Positions 49,370 through 64,000 of a stretch of DNA of 64,000 nucleotides are shown one piece after another (position 1 is the stretch's first letter; the number at the start of each line of letters is the position of its first letter). Origin of the DNA: the human T2T-CHM13v2.0 reference genome, Homo sapiens. The position numbers and the translations under genes were made by a program. Where the stretch lies: NCBI RefSeq assembly GCF_009914755.1, contig NC_060929.1. The stretch is one strand, 5' to 3'. The notes under the pieces were generated by a model. That model worked only from the letters and a program-made list of their open reading frames with translations. It ran no database searches and was not told the DNA's origin.

Positions 49370-50345
49370 GCAGCCGACAGGCTGAGCTGTTGTTGGCAAC
49401 TGCTATCTGAGAAGACGTTTCAGGCAGGCTCTGCCGGCGGAGACGCACGCTCTCCCGGAGCTGCACATAGTTGGCCTTGCTCTGTGTGCATTCTCGGTAA
49501 TGGATCACAGGGCAACCAAATTAATTGCAAGATGTGCTTTAATCTCCCACATGAACATGGAAATAAGGATCTATTAACCTTGTGCCTGGCGCGTCTTTTT
49601 TTTTTTTTTTTTGCTTCATTCCCCAAGTGGCAGTTCTGAACTGTTATCCATGTTTCCATTCCCCGAGGCCAGTTAGACCCGGAGCAGAAAGGTGCGCGTG
49701 GTCAGTTCCAGCTCCTAAAATGATGTGCAGTCTGCAAGCTGGAAAGGTCTCGGCGCGGGGTGTGGGCAGTTGTGTGGAGCTAGAACCTAGCCGCTGCAGC
49801 GGGATCCCAGGGCCTGAGGCGCAGGAACCCACTGCCCGGGGCTCCAGCGCTGTCAGCCCCTCCTGCCCTCCACCCACCCCTTCCCCTTCCCCTTCCCCTT
49901 CCCCTTCCCCTTCCCCTTCCCCTTCCCCCCTTACGACCCTCCCGCCCCTCCCCCCACTCCCTCTACCCCGACTCCCTCTCCCTCTTCCCCCACGCCAGGG
50001 ACGCACCGCCCTTGGTAGATGCCGGGAGTTTGGGTTTTGTGATTCAACAGTTGATAGTGAGCATTCCCCCAAGAGGAAAAACAGCCAGAGACCAGCCATT
50101 TCTCTCTCTCTGTGGTCCTGCAGGCTCTTGGAGTGTTTACACTAAACTCCAGGCCCGGGAAGGGAATTTACAGCCTTATCACTGGAATTGAAAGCGATGT
50201 CGGCTGGGGGATGTGCGTCTCGAAGACTCTTTTTTCAAGGGAGGCTTTTGGCTTCGTGTAGGCGGGTGGTGATTTTATTCTGTCTCTCTCCCTCTGCCTG
50301 AAGTTCGTCTTTGAAGATTTTCTGTCGTGTTTATTGGGATAACGA
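49370..50345. promoter_or_regulatory. CpG/GC-rich promoter-like region outside repeats
   Basis: The only non-repeat CpG-dense stretch in the window (gccggcgg, cgcgcg-type runs, GC box aggcggg ~50260), with a polypurine/polypyrimidine tract and a downstream splice donor. Confidence 0.65.
49876..49932. repeat. (CCCCTT)n hexamer repeat, ~9 units; G4/triplex-prone
   Basis: Directly visible; the minus strand is (AAGGGG)n. Confidence 0.92.
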
Positions 50346-50453
50346 GGATTTATTTTTTGCTTCTATTCCAATATTGTCAGGAAATGATATCTATAGAAAA
50401 GTATTCTCTTAAAAACCACAAATTAGATGTAATCAATGTAAAGATTGCTGCAG
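50124..50453 (+). other. Candidate non-coding/5'UTR exon
   Basis: Donor CAG|GTCAGT at 50453/50454. Possible acceptor tctctctctctgtggtcctgcag| at 50123. No long ORF. The start may instead be a TSS further upstream. Confidence 0.4.
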
Positions 50454-50469
50454 GTCAGTATTTCTCTTT

Positions 50470-53282
<2,813 letters not shown>

Positions 53283-54829
53283 CCAAGTCTTTATTTCTTA
53301 GAAGCAAAATAATTTCAGTAGTGTTTGCCTAGTCCCAGTGATACTGAGCCTTAGAAGAGTTATTAAAATTATATTCCACTTTGTGACCTTGAAACATATA
53401 CTTCCAAATAAAAACCTCTTTCATGAGCATCATGGAAGCACCATGTAAGGTTGGTATTTCAGTTCCCAAGTATATTCTGTATTCTTTGAATTTTAAACCT
53501 TGAATTCATTATTTGACCAACTTTTCAAGCAGCATGAGAAACATCTAAATTTCTTAGACTGCATGAAGGTGGTTGTATCTATGTATAAGTTACACTCAAT
53601 TTATTTTTGTGCTTTCAACTAACTGTTCTTATTGGATTTCCATGCTTGCCTGGCTTTTCCTCACAATTGAATTATATGCTTTTTTAGGATAGGCACTGCA
53701 GTCTTTAGTCCTCATCTGTCCTTCTATAGTATTAATACACATGAACTAGACTGCCTCAGGCTTTCATGCTTCTGAACAATCACTTAAGAATTAAAACTTT
53801 TTTGTCTGTCTGTGTAGCCAGGCTTCCCATAAGGAAGAAAACAAAACTGAATTAAAGATGCGTCCTCTAGAAAACAATGTAAGTGGCAAGTAAGTAGCAG
53901 ATAGCTCAGAGGAACTCCTGAGAGCACATGGCTTGGGAGATGCATTCAATCTGAACTTTCCTTCAATGTCTATCTTTCTACACCTCCCAGTTGATTTTTG
54001 AAAGGAATTAAACATTTCACTTTGTTAGTGATCCCTTTTTGTCTGGGATCCCTTTTATGGCAATAGGGCTGAGACCCTCCATTTTATTAGAAGTGTCAGT
54101 GGACATGAATGTTTGGAAATAGAAATGATTGAACAGGGCCATTATGTGGAAGAATTTTTGAAAAGTGAGGGCATGGCAAAAACAAACACTATTTTAAAAC
54201 CTGGATCTACTGATCTTGGGAACCTAAAAATCATCATTTACCAAGTAATGCTTTGCAGCTTGCCATTGCTCATCTAAATACTGTGGTGAAACATACTACT
54301 GACTAGGAGCCCCTAATTGGCTTGGCTCATAATGAGACATACTGCTCCCAGTTTAAAACCCAGTGCCACACTTTGTAGTTTCCTACTACTGGGTGAAAGA
54401 AAGGGAAGGTGAAAACTCCGAGGCTTGAAAGTGTCCCTTCAGGGCTTCATGAGAAGTCCTTGAAATAAACTCATAGAGGATGGGGGAAAAGCAATCTGTT
54501 ATGATTTAAAATATTCTAATCAATGACACCTTTACGACTGGAGACACATGTGGACACCCTAAACAATCTATGGCCTGTTGAATTTCATCAACCCTAAGTG
54601 ATTATTAGAATATTTTGAGTTTGCTTAAAAATATTCCAGCAGAGGGGAAAAATATAGAGGTGGGGAATATGTGAAACTAGAATGGTAGAATGTGGATCTT
54701 TATTGAGGATGGGAGAGAAATAGATGAGTGTTCATTATACTATTCTCTCCACTTTGGTGGAGGCTTGAAATTTTCCATACTGAAAAAAAACTCAGCAATT
54801 AAAATGGAATGAAAGATGTCAACCTTGTG

Positions 54830-55255
54830 TTGTTAACACAGGTAAACTTTGGTTCCTACTCATGGTGGGTGCACTACTCAGATCCCCATTCAGGAATGAA
54901 GCACGTTCTGCAGCTGCTGGGAGTGCTCCCTGCAGAAAGCCCTCTGCCATCCACCCCTCATGTGGATGGTCTGGCTGGAGAGAGAGCCACCCCACCCCTC
55001 CTCCTGGGGCAGCCTCCTCCACTGATGGATGTGAGAGTAACAAAGGTCCAGCCTCCCTGCTCCCGTATCCCAGTCTCCGCAATCCCATGGCTGAGGCCTC
55101 CATTGAGACTTCATTGCAGCTAATATTCTCCCTCTGGCCAATCTTGTACCTTCTCCACCTCTTCCACAGATGCTGATCCCAAGAGCTCTCCCTAATAAAC
55201 CTCCTTCAAGCTTATGTCAGATTCAGTTGGTTTCTTCGGGAACCCTATCTGAGAT
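54830..55255 (+). mobile_element. ERVL LTR16-like solo LTR
   Basis: 3' part 'gatcccaagagctctccctaataaacctcctt...gggaaccc' matches the remembered LTR16 end. 5' boundary approximate. Confidence 0.6.
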
Positions 55256-56139
55256 GCTACTTTAAACATAGCATCTGAGAATGTTAGAGATGAAAGGGAG
55301 GACCTAAGTGCTTTCTCAATCCAAATCTCTCATTTTACAGGTAAAGAAACTGCACACCAGAGAGGTTATATGACTTATCTAGTACCGATCACTTAACTAG
55401 TTGATGCCACAGCTGAAATGATAGAAACCAGAATTCCTAACTCCCATGGGCCAATCCATTGCCCTGTTCTAAATGTTTCACTGGTTCACATAGGCCCATT
55501 TTGAAAATAAGTTGCTTAGTTGATACTATTTGGTCTTGCAGTATGACAGCCAAGCGACCCTGATACATCATATAGTTTTGACTGCTTGTAACAGAATAGT
55601 CAATTAAGGGTAGGTAGTAGCAAGCACATTTATTTTCTCATACACCAAGAAGGTGAGCGTAGCAGTTAGAGATGTCATCAGAAGCCCAGATTCTTTCCTC
55701 CTTTCTTTTATAGTATGTTCAGTATTTGGTTTTTAATGTTTGAGTCCCAAGACGGCTGCTATGGCTCTAGGCTTCACATTCTTCAGTACCAATGTCAAGG
55801 CAGAAAAAAAAAATGTGTTTATTAATTATCATTTTGTAATTAGGGAGAAAAGCCTTTCCCAGAAGCCACTCAGCAGACTTCTACTCACACCGCCCTGAAT
55901 CCTGTGCCTGTGTTATAAGGCAGGCTGGGAATCAAACTATTTGGCATTTGGGGCCTCTCTAGGGAGATGAGCTCTACTAACTAGGAAGACAGAGGGCTGA
56001 AGGCCACTGGGTAGGCAGCATGATGACTGCATGTGTGTGTGAGACAGGGTCTCACTCTACTGCCCAGGCTGGAGTGCAATGGCATGATCGTAATTCACTA
56101 ATACAGAGACCAAATTACTTTAAAACAAAAGAGATACAT

Positions 56140-57110
56140 TTTATTTTTTCTACCTTTATTAAGGTATAGTTGACAAATAAAATTGTATATATTTAAGGTA
56201 TACAATGTGATGTTATGATATGTATGTACATTGTGGAATGATTATCACAATAAGCTAATTAACATACCTATAGCCTCCCAGTTACCTTTTGTTTGTGTGT
56301 GTGGTGAGAATATTTCTTCTAAGAGCTGTTCTCTTAGCAAATTTTAAGTATACAATCCGGTATTATTAACTATAGTCACCATGTCATGGCTCCAGAACTT
56401 ATTCATCCTGAATAACTGAAATGTACCCTTTATCCAATACCTTGCCATTTCCTCTAGCCCCTGGCCACCACCATTCTACTCCCTGCTCCTACAAGTTTGA
56501 CTTAAGATTTCACTTAAGCGAATGAAATCATGCAGTATTTTAAAATTCCACTTCAGTGAAATGAAATCATGCAGTATTTATCTTTCTGTGCCTGACTTAT
56601 TTCACTTAACATAATGTTCTCCAGGTTCATCCATGTTGTCACAAATGACAAGATATCCTTCTTTTTTTTTTCCTTTTTTTTTTTTTTTGAGGCAGAGTCT
56701 TGCCCTATCGCCCAGGCTGGAGTGCAGTGGCGGGAGCTAGGCTCACTGCAAGATCCGCCTCCCAGGTTCACACCATTCTCTTGCCTCAGCCTCCTGAGCA
56801 TCTGGGACTACAGGTGCCCACCACCAGGCCCTGCTAATTTTTTGTATTTTTTAGTGGAGACGGGGTTTCACCGTGTTAGCCAGGATGGTCTCCATCTCCT
56901 GACCCTGTGATCCGCCCGCCTCGGCCTCCCAAAGTGCTGGGATTACAGGCGTGAGCCACCATGCCCGGCAAGATTTCCTTCTTTTTAAAGCTGAATAATA
57001 GTAATATTATTTATGGACACTTAGGTTGATTTCATATCTTAGCTATTGTGAATAATGCTGTAATAAACATGGGAGTATAAACATCTCTTGGAGATATTAA
57101 TTTCTTTTCC
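56140..57110 (-). mobile_element. L1MA/MB 3' end, interrupted by AluY
   Basis: 'ttgacaaataaaattgtatatatttaaggtatacaatgtgatg', 'ttaactatagtcaccatg', 'ccagaacttattcatc'. Confidence 0.8.
56667..56968 (-). mobile_element. AluY
   Basis: Full Alu. TSD caagatatccttcttttt 56649-56666 / caagatttccttcttttt 56969-56986. Confidence 0.9.
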
Positions 57111-57989
57111 AAAAGAATATATTTTATGTGAACTAATTAAAACATTTACTGTTTCAATGAGAGCTCTTCTTTATATTTACAATTGTTAAGATATTTTGTT
57201 AAGACTAAGAAAATTTTTAAGACTGTGAAAATGATTTGAGTTGCCTCTATCAATAAAACTATAGAACAAACCTTTAGAAGGAAAAATAGCAAATACAGGA
57301 CAGAAGGGTAAGAAAAAATACATTCAGAGTTATTTATATATTAACAAAATGTTGGACGTGGTGGAGGGGGGAGAAGCATACCTGAGTAATTATGAATTTC
57401 CCCATGTTCCTTGACCCATGACAAAGTTCTCCACCATCTACCACAAGCAGAGAGGGCTTGTCTACTCCTCTTTTGGTACTTATCACAAGGAGACTTATTT
57501 TGAGACTATGTTCTAACTTCACAGCCCACATCTTGAACGGAGAGAGAGTCGTTTGTTGTCTCATCCAAAATGTCTAGCAGAGTTCTTTGTACTCCGGCAA
57601 ATATTTATTAATTATTATTTTAGACACCAAATTGACTAGGCTGTACCATGAATGGAAGTTCATGGTATCTACAAATAGTTACCAGTGATTTAGATGCAAC
57701 ATCGGGGGAATTATTTTTCTAAAGATTTGGCTTTAATTCTTCTGCTTTTTAACTTGATTTAATGTAACGGGGATAATGAAATCATGATCCCAGCATTTTA
57801 AGAGTACTGGTTTAGATTTAAATTTAGAATTTAAATCCATAAATTCATTATTACGTTAACAAATCTTTATTAAGCACTTATTCTAAGTCAGGCCTTGTTC
57901 TTCAAAGACAAAGCGTGGTCCCTTATGGAGCTTCCACACAGGTGGCGAATGCAGCAGAGGAGTCGCCTTCACACAGTGGCAGGTGACCG

Positions 57990-58200
57990 CCACTGAGTAC
58001 TCACTACATGCCCGGCACAGTTTACATGGTTTATATGCCCTGACTCATCACATTCTCACAATAATTCTATGGGGTAGGCACTGTAATCATCTATATCTTA
58101 CAGGTGTAAAGACTGAGGCATAGAGGCATGCATTACAGTGCCCAAAGTTACATACCTGGTGAGTGTCAGCCAGGAGTGGAATCCAGGCGATCTGTCTCCT
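57990..58200 (-). mobile_element. MIR SINE
   Basis: 'actgagtactcactacatgcccggcac...ttacaggtgtaaagactgaggcatagagg...gcccaaagttaca'. Confidence 0.72.
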
Positions 58201-58407
58201 GAGCCACAATGAATTTCAATGATCAAATCTCATAGATCATTGGAAACTTATACGTATTCCAAGAGCTAAGGAGGAGAGGGCCGTGGTACTACTAAGCATA
58301 TTTGAAGGGGAAACTACCATGGTAAGAGGTCTAGCTTCCTGAGACAGGGACTGTTAAGATGGCATCTTAACAGGAGGCATGAACTAGGTGAAAAGGGGCT
58401 GGAGGAG

Positions 58408-58736
<329 letters not shown>

Positions 58737-61700
58737 TGATGGGAAGGAGCAAGAGGAGATTCAAGAAGCTCATCCCCCAAAAAACTGAAACAGAACATGT
58801 TTTTATTTCTGATTCCAGTTTAGAAAGCATTTTCACATTTGCTCCCCTAGTTGATGCTTACAAACACCCAGTGTAGGCTTAGAGACGTAAATTAAATTTT
58901 ACTAAAGCCACAGTGACAGGAAGGGGTAAGGCTGGAACCCAAACCCAGGTCTCTAAATTTCAGTTCCCATGGCCATTCTACCAAACCACAGAGGCTCAGC
59001 AGTCCCAGGACAGAAAGGCTCAAGTGACTCAAAGGTGCATATAAATCAGCAGTAACTGTGGCAACACTGGTGCCTAAGGAAATATATTTTATCTAGATGT
59101 AAAAATTGAAGTAGAATTCAAAGTCAGAGCCAAGACATAACTACCCCATGAGAACCTCAACTGAAACACTGGTGTTAGGACAGGGCCCCACAACTTCAGG
59201 TTGGTGCAAAGAACTAGAAAATGTTTCTGCAAAAATAAATAGTGTTAGAAGCAAATGACTCAAGGTAGAAAGTAATATAAATTTGGGTTCTTTTGAAGAA
59301 AACTATCAAAGGTTGCTTATCAAGAACATCCTATGACAATGATCAGCTGAGTCTTTTTCATCTCCCAGAAGGTAGAGAGTAGGAAGGATTTACACCAGCC
59401 TTGCAAACAATTCTCCATTTCTTGGAGAGAAAGAAAGACCCTAAGACCAAATACCTCAAACAACAAAACTTTAGATCATTTATGCTTGCCTCTGTAATTT
59501 TAACATGATTATCTTTCCTATTCCAGACAGACCTATTTATGTTTCACCTAGGCCAGTCTTAAAGTTATTTTGAAAACTTTTAAGTGTGTGTCTTGATTGT
59601 CCTAATGAAGAGCTAGTCAAGGATCAAAATTGAGCAGAAAGACAAGATCCAGCAAAGTAAAGCTGCAGATAATGCATAAGGGGGATAAAGGATAATTTAA
59701 AGTAGTCAAACCTTTTTTTTTTTTACAGTATCAAAGCAGTTTTATTATACTCAGTTGTCTAGCATCCATTCCCATCAGGGGCCACTTAACACAGCTACTA
59801 ATGAGCAGGATCCCTGTAAGTCCATAAACACCTGCTACGGTTATGGGTGGAGACAAGGAGTAAATATTAGACTGTAAGCTCCCCTACTACATTATAAACT
59901 CTTGAGGACAGGAACTGTGTTACAATCTCCTTTATGCACACTGCAGCACCCAGCATAGGATGCTAGCACATAAAAGAGGATAAACAAATGTTTATAACTC
60001 TTCTCTTTCCCTCCTACTTACCTTTTCATTGTCATTACTCCATCACTGTAAAATAATGTGTCTCTCTCCTGCCCCTTTTTTCATGTCTTCAGTGCTTGCC
60101 TTAGTGCCTGACAGTAGACCCACAAGCAGCATTTAACCTTGCCAATGGCAAGCAGAACTAAGTGAGACAGAAATAAATATTTGACTCTCCCAGATGTTAA
60201 ACCCTCATGCAGAATGATGAGAAAGATTGTAAAATCATTTCCCCAGGAGGTTTCTGAAAACATAGAATACCTAGAATGATTCAGGGGTAAAGATCTACCT
60301 TGACACATAGTTTAACATTCTTTAAACATATACATACATACACACATGCACACAAACATGTTTTCCTCATTATAAAAGTGATTCATGTTTGTTGCAGAAA
60401 ATTTGTACAGCTAGGGAAGAATAAAGAAGAAAATAATCACTACCCATAATCACACTATCTAAAAACAGCTACAATTGATATTTGTCTGATATTTCTTGTA
60501 TTTCTTTCTAATTTTTTCTATGGCTCTACTCAAATTCATTCATTCGTTCAACAAATTTTCATTAGGTGCCTACCAACATTCTATGAAGAAACAAACAATC
60601 ATCGTAAAATTTAGTATGGTAGAAGGTATGAAGTACATGGAAAATAGTGCAGATTAAGGAAGGAGGTCAGAGATTTGGGGACAGAAGGGAGAGGGTTCAA
60701 ATTTTAAATGCAGTAATCAGGAGAAGCTTTATTGAAAAAGTGACATTTGAACAAAGACATAATTGGGATTATTTTGAATAGACTGCTATGCAATTTGCTT
60801 TGATCACAGCATTATTCTTTTAAACATGCATATTTAATAGTTGCACAACATTCTATCTTATGAATTAGCATAATTTTATTTAACCATAAGGTTGGACATT
60901 TATATTTATTTTTCTGTGATATACATTCTTAAAGATAAGATCTGTGGAAACTCTGTTCAAGTTATGTAATTAACAGAATAAAACTAAGATTTAGCTCAGA
61001 AAATAAGAGGCAGCATCAAGGTAAGAAAATGTTAATTTTTTGTTAAGTATGTTGGAACGTTTTTCCCACTCATTGTTTATTTTTAATATGTTTATGGTAT
61101 GTTTTTAAAATAAAATATATTAGGGGTTTGGTTAGAATATATATTCATTGTCAAAATTTTGGAAAACAAAAACAAAAGAACATTTAATATGCTCATCATA
61201 TCTCTTAGAATCATATTTTAGCAGTTTTGTCAAAATATACTCTTAAAATTCATATCATATTAAACATACTGTGTTATAACAATTTTCATTTAATTATATG
61301 TGAACATTTTCTAAGTATTTTAAGTATTTTATTTGTAAGATTATATATATATTTTAAGTATTTTTTTAAAGTATCATTTTACAACCTAATTTGTAATAAA
61401 TGTATAATTTTTGGCCATTCTATAAACTATCCCTATTTTATAAACTGAATTGTCTCTTTTATCACTACTATAAAATCCTTTCACATACATCATTGCACAC
61501 AATGTTTATTTCCTTATATAATAAAGACATAAATCTGTCATATATGTTACAAATATTTTTCCTAGTTTGCTGTTTTCATTTTAGTTTTATTTATGTTATT
61601 TTTTGACTTAAAGAAATTAAATCTATCAATCCTTTCCTTAAGGGATTATTCCCTTGTCTCTATGTTTCAAAAGACCTTTAGCACCCTGAGGTTGTTTTTT

Positions 61701-62120
61701 ATTGTTTTGTTTTGTTTAACTCTTTACCCTGGTGGGATTTATTTTGGCCTATGGTATGACATTTAGCGAACCAGCTTTATTTGTTTTGGAATAGTTGTGG
61801 CTTGGTGAAACTTCAATAGGCCTTTCTTTTCTTTATTTTGTTATTCTGTCATTCAGGAATGATCTGACTACTCCTTGAAACCATCTGTAACAGCGAAAGT
61901 GGTACTTCTATTAACATTCCCTACTTTGGCATAAGAAACTATGTCCAATCCATCAGAAAACTGATAGATGACATAAGAAATAAATTGTTTCAAGGAAAAG
62001 AAATAAGTACATATAATTTAAAAATTTTAATGAGACATGTTAGGAAAATATCTAAATGCATAATTCCAGAAAAAGCTATTTAAATATAACCCTTAACTTC
62101 AAAACACTCTTTCATAGCTC

Positions 62121-62518
62121 TGTTAAAAGATAAACTAAGGCACATTAAAATTTCAAAGAGTTTATTTGGGCAACAGTGATTCATGAATCAGGCAGCACCA
62201 AACCACACGCAGTTTGAGTTGTTCCAGAGGTGGCTGAAAGGAAAGTTTTTATAGGGTGAATGCAGAAGCAAAGCAATTATTTGATTGTTTAATGTTTGCA
62301 CAATGGCCTTATTTGGACTATTCCAGTGAGTCATTCAAAACAATACAACTAATGCCCTGTTGGCTGCCTGTGATTGGCTGAGCTTCAGTTTTATTTTCTT
62401 TTAAATTAGCCACTTACAGGAAATGAATCTAAGTTTTGGTTTGCTTACACAGGAATACAGGGTGTTAGAGTCTTACAGCCACCTCAGTTTAATGGACTTC
62501 CATTTAATTGTTTTAGCA
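62121..62518 (-). mobile_element. ERV1-class solo LTR (MER4 group, MER67-like)
   Basis: TG...CA ends, 4-bp TSD gctc/gctt, minus-strand AATAAA (tttatt 62161), 'gattcatgaatcaggcagc' motif. Family name tentative. Confidence 0.65.
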
Positions 62519-62639
62519 GCTTCTTTGGAACTGTACAAACTAGATTCACAAACTGTGGAACACTGGTGTTCCAATTAGCACTTACATAATATATTAATGA
62601 GTGCTTGCTCATTGCTCATAATAATAGGAACAACATAAT

Positions 62640-63100
62640 AATAACAAGAGATGTCATTTCATGGGTACTTACCACATGAAAGGCATTTTGCCAAGCACCT
62701 CAAATGTGATATTTTATTCAATTCTCACAATACTCTAGAAGGGAAATACTATTACTATCTCTCTTTTACAGACAAGGAAATAAAGGCTTAGCAGAGTGGA
62801 AGAAAACTTTACTACCGTGAAGAGGACTTTTCAGCTTTTTCTCAGCAAAATTTATACAGTGCTCTAGTGAAAACAAGAATAGGGGGAAAGTCCTGGTTGG
62901 ATACATCTTATAGTTTAAGTCATGTCTGACTAGTAACAACTATATTTCATAATGATTTATAGTTTATAAAGCACATTGACCCAACATAGTTGATGCTTAA
63001 ACCATAACCCTTTGAAGGAGGCATGGTCTGAGTCACTGCCATTTGGATAGATGAGAAAGCAGAGGAGGTACTAAGAGGTAAAGTAGCAGAGCTGAGACTT
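62640..63100 (-). mobile_element. MIR fragments
   Basis: 'caattctcacaa...ttttacagacaaggaaataaaggcttag'; 'gatagatgagaaagcagagg'. Confidence 0.6.
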
Positions 63101-64000
63101 AAAAACCACGTCTTCTAATTCTGCCATCAATGCTTCCTCTAATGTTCCACAGTGCAGGTTTGGGGAATTTCCCTTTGGGAATTTGTATAATCCAAATCTC
63201 AGACTCTCATGACTTGTTATTGTTACCAACATTATCTGACCATCTCTTTTTAGCAACTAACATGATGTATTCTAAATTATTACTGTAATGATCTCAGCCA
63301 GCTGATACTTTATTACACGTGTTGAATATGAACTATTATAGGTGCTCTTTTATCTAATCCATATTTTAGTGAATGAATTATATAATTTGAACTTTTCTTG
63401 TTTATATGTCTCTTGAGATGATATAAAATTACTGGAGTGAATTATACATAAAGAATGGAGGTGCCCATTGCAGTGACTGGCACAGGAATCTTGGCAGCTT
63501 CTCTGCATTCCCATCAGTGGGGACACCACACTGAGGAGACTGGCCGGCACCATAGCACTGTAGGGTGCATGATCAAATCCCTGGACAAATTTTCCACACA
63601 TCCTAGATGTTAATGTGGAGCCTTCCCATGACTCAGAAAAACTAAAAGGACAGAATTAAGTTCTGGTGCTTAAGTCTTCTCCAGACTTGGAAACTATGCA
63701 GTTCTGTGTTTAAGTTTTGGTGCTGAGGTTAAGTTTTGATACTCACTAGAAGTCTTCCTCAGACCAGGAAACAATGGCAGGGCAGTGAGTTCCAGTGCCT
63801 TGTTTTGGTTTTGGTACTCACTATACATCCTCCCCCAAATGGGAAGAAACAGCAGCCTGTAGATTAAGTTTCAGCGCAAAGTAGTGAAGGTCTAACTCCA
63901 CCAAATAACACTTGGGCAGAAGCTGGAAGAGGTGGCCATCTCTTCAAATGTGCAGGTACCAATGTAAAGACACAAGGAAAGTGAAAACTCAGGGAAATAC

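Noticed and set aside
49582-50145. 187-aa (+) and 151-aa (-) ORFs at the CpG-rich region
   Set aside because: They stay open because of GC richness and the CCCCTT repeat (PSPSPS / GEGEGE); no domain similarity, and the + ORF lacks an ATG at its called start.

Overview
Human non-coding genomic DNA (a CpG-intact AluYb8 is present), dominated by retroelements. I can support no intact host protein-coding exon and see no new multi-gene system. 0.7-7.8 kb: a TSD-flanked SUMO1 processed pseudogene split by an L1PA2-like LINE-1 and an old Alu. That L1 has an intact ORF1, a ~100-bp 3' transduction of a MER41-like LTR and a ~523-bp ORF2/3'UTR deletion. 14.1-24.1 kb: a nest in which Tigger3 MITEs host an L1PA7-like element whose ORF2 (~3.5 kb) was replaced by a full-length L1PA5-like element with no TSD. 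Pairwise reading of the L1 copies shows short near-identical tracts between different subfamilies, which suggests local gene conversion; one tract starts exactly at the deletion breakpoint. The rest is old MIR/L2/L1M/LTR/MER sequence, a 31-nt TSD-flanked U6 fragment, young Alus, and a CpG-rich promoter-like region at ~49.4-50.45 kb with a candidate + strand exon of an unidentified transcript. Subfamily names come from remembered consensus diagnostics, not from a search, and identities were counted by eye.
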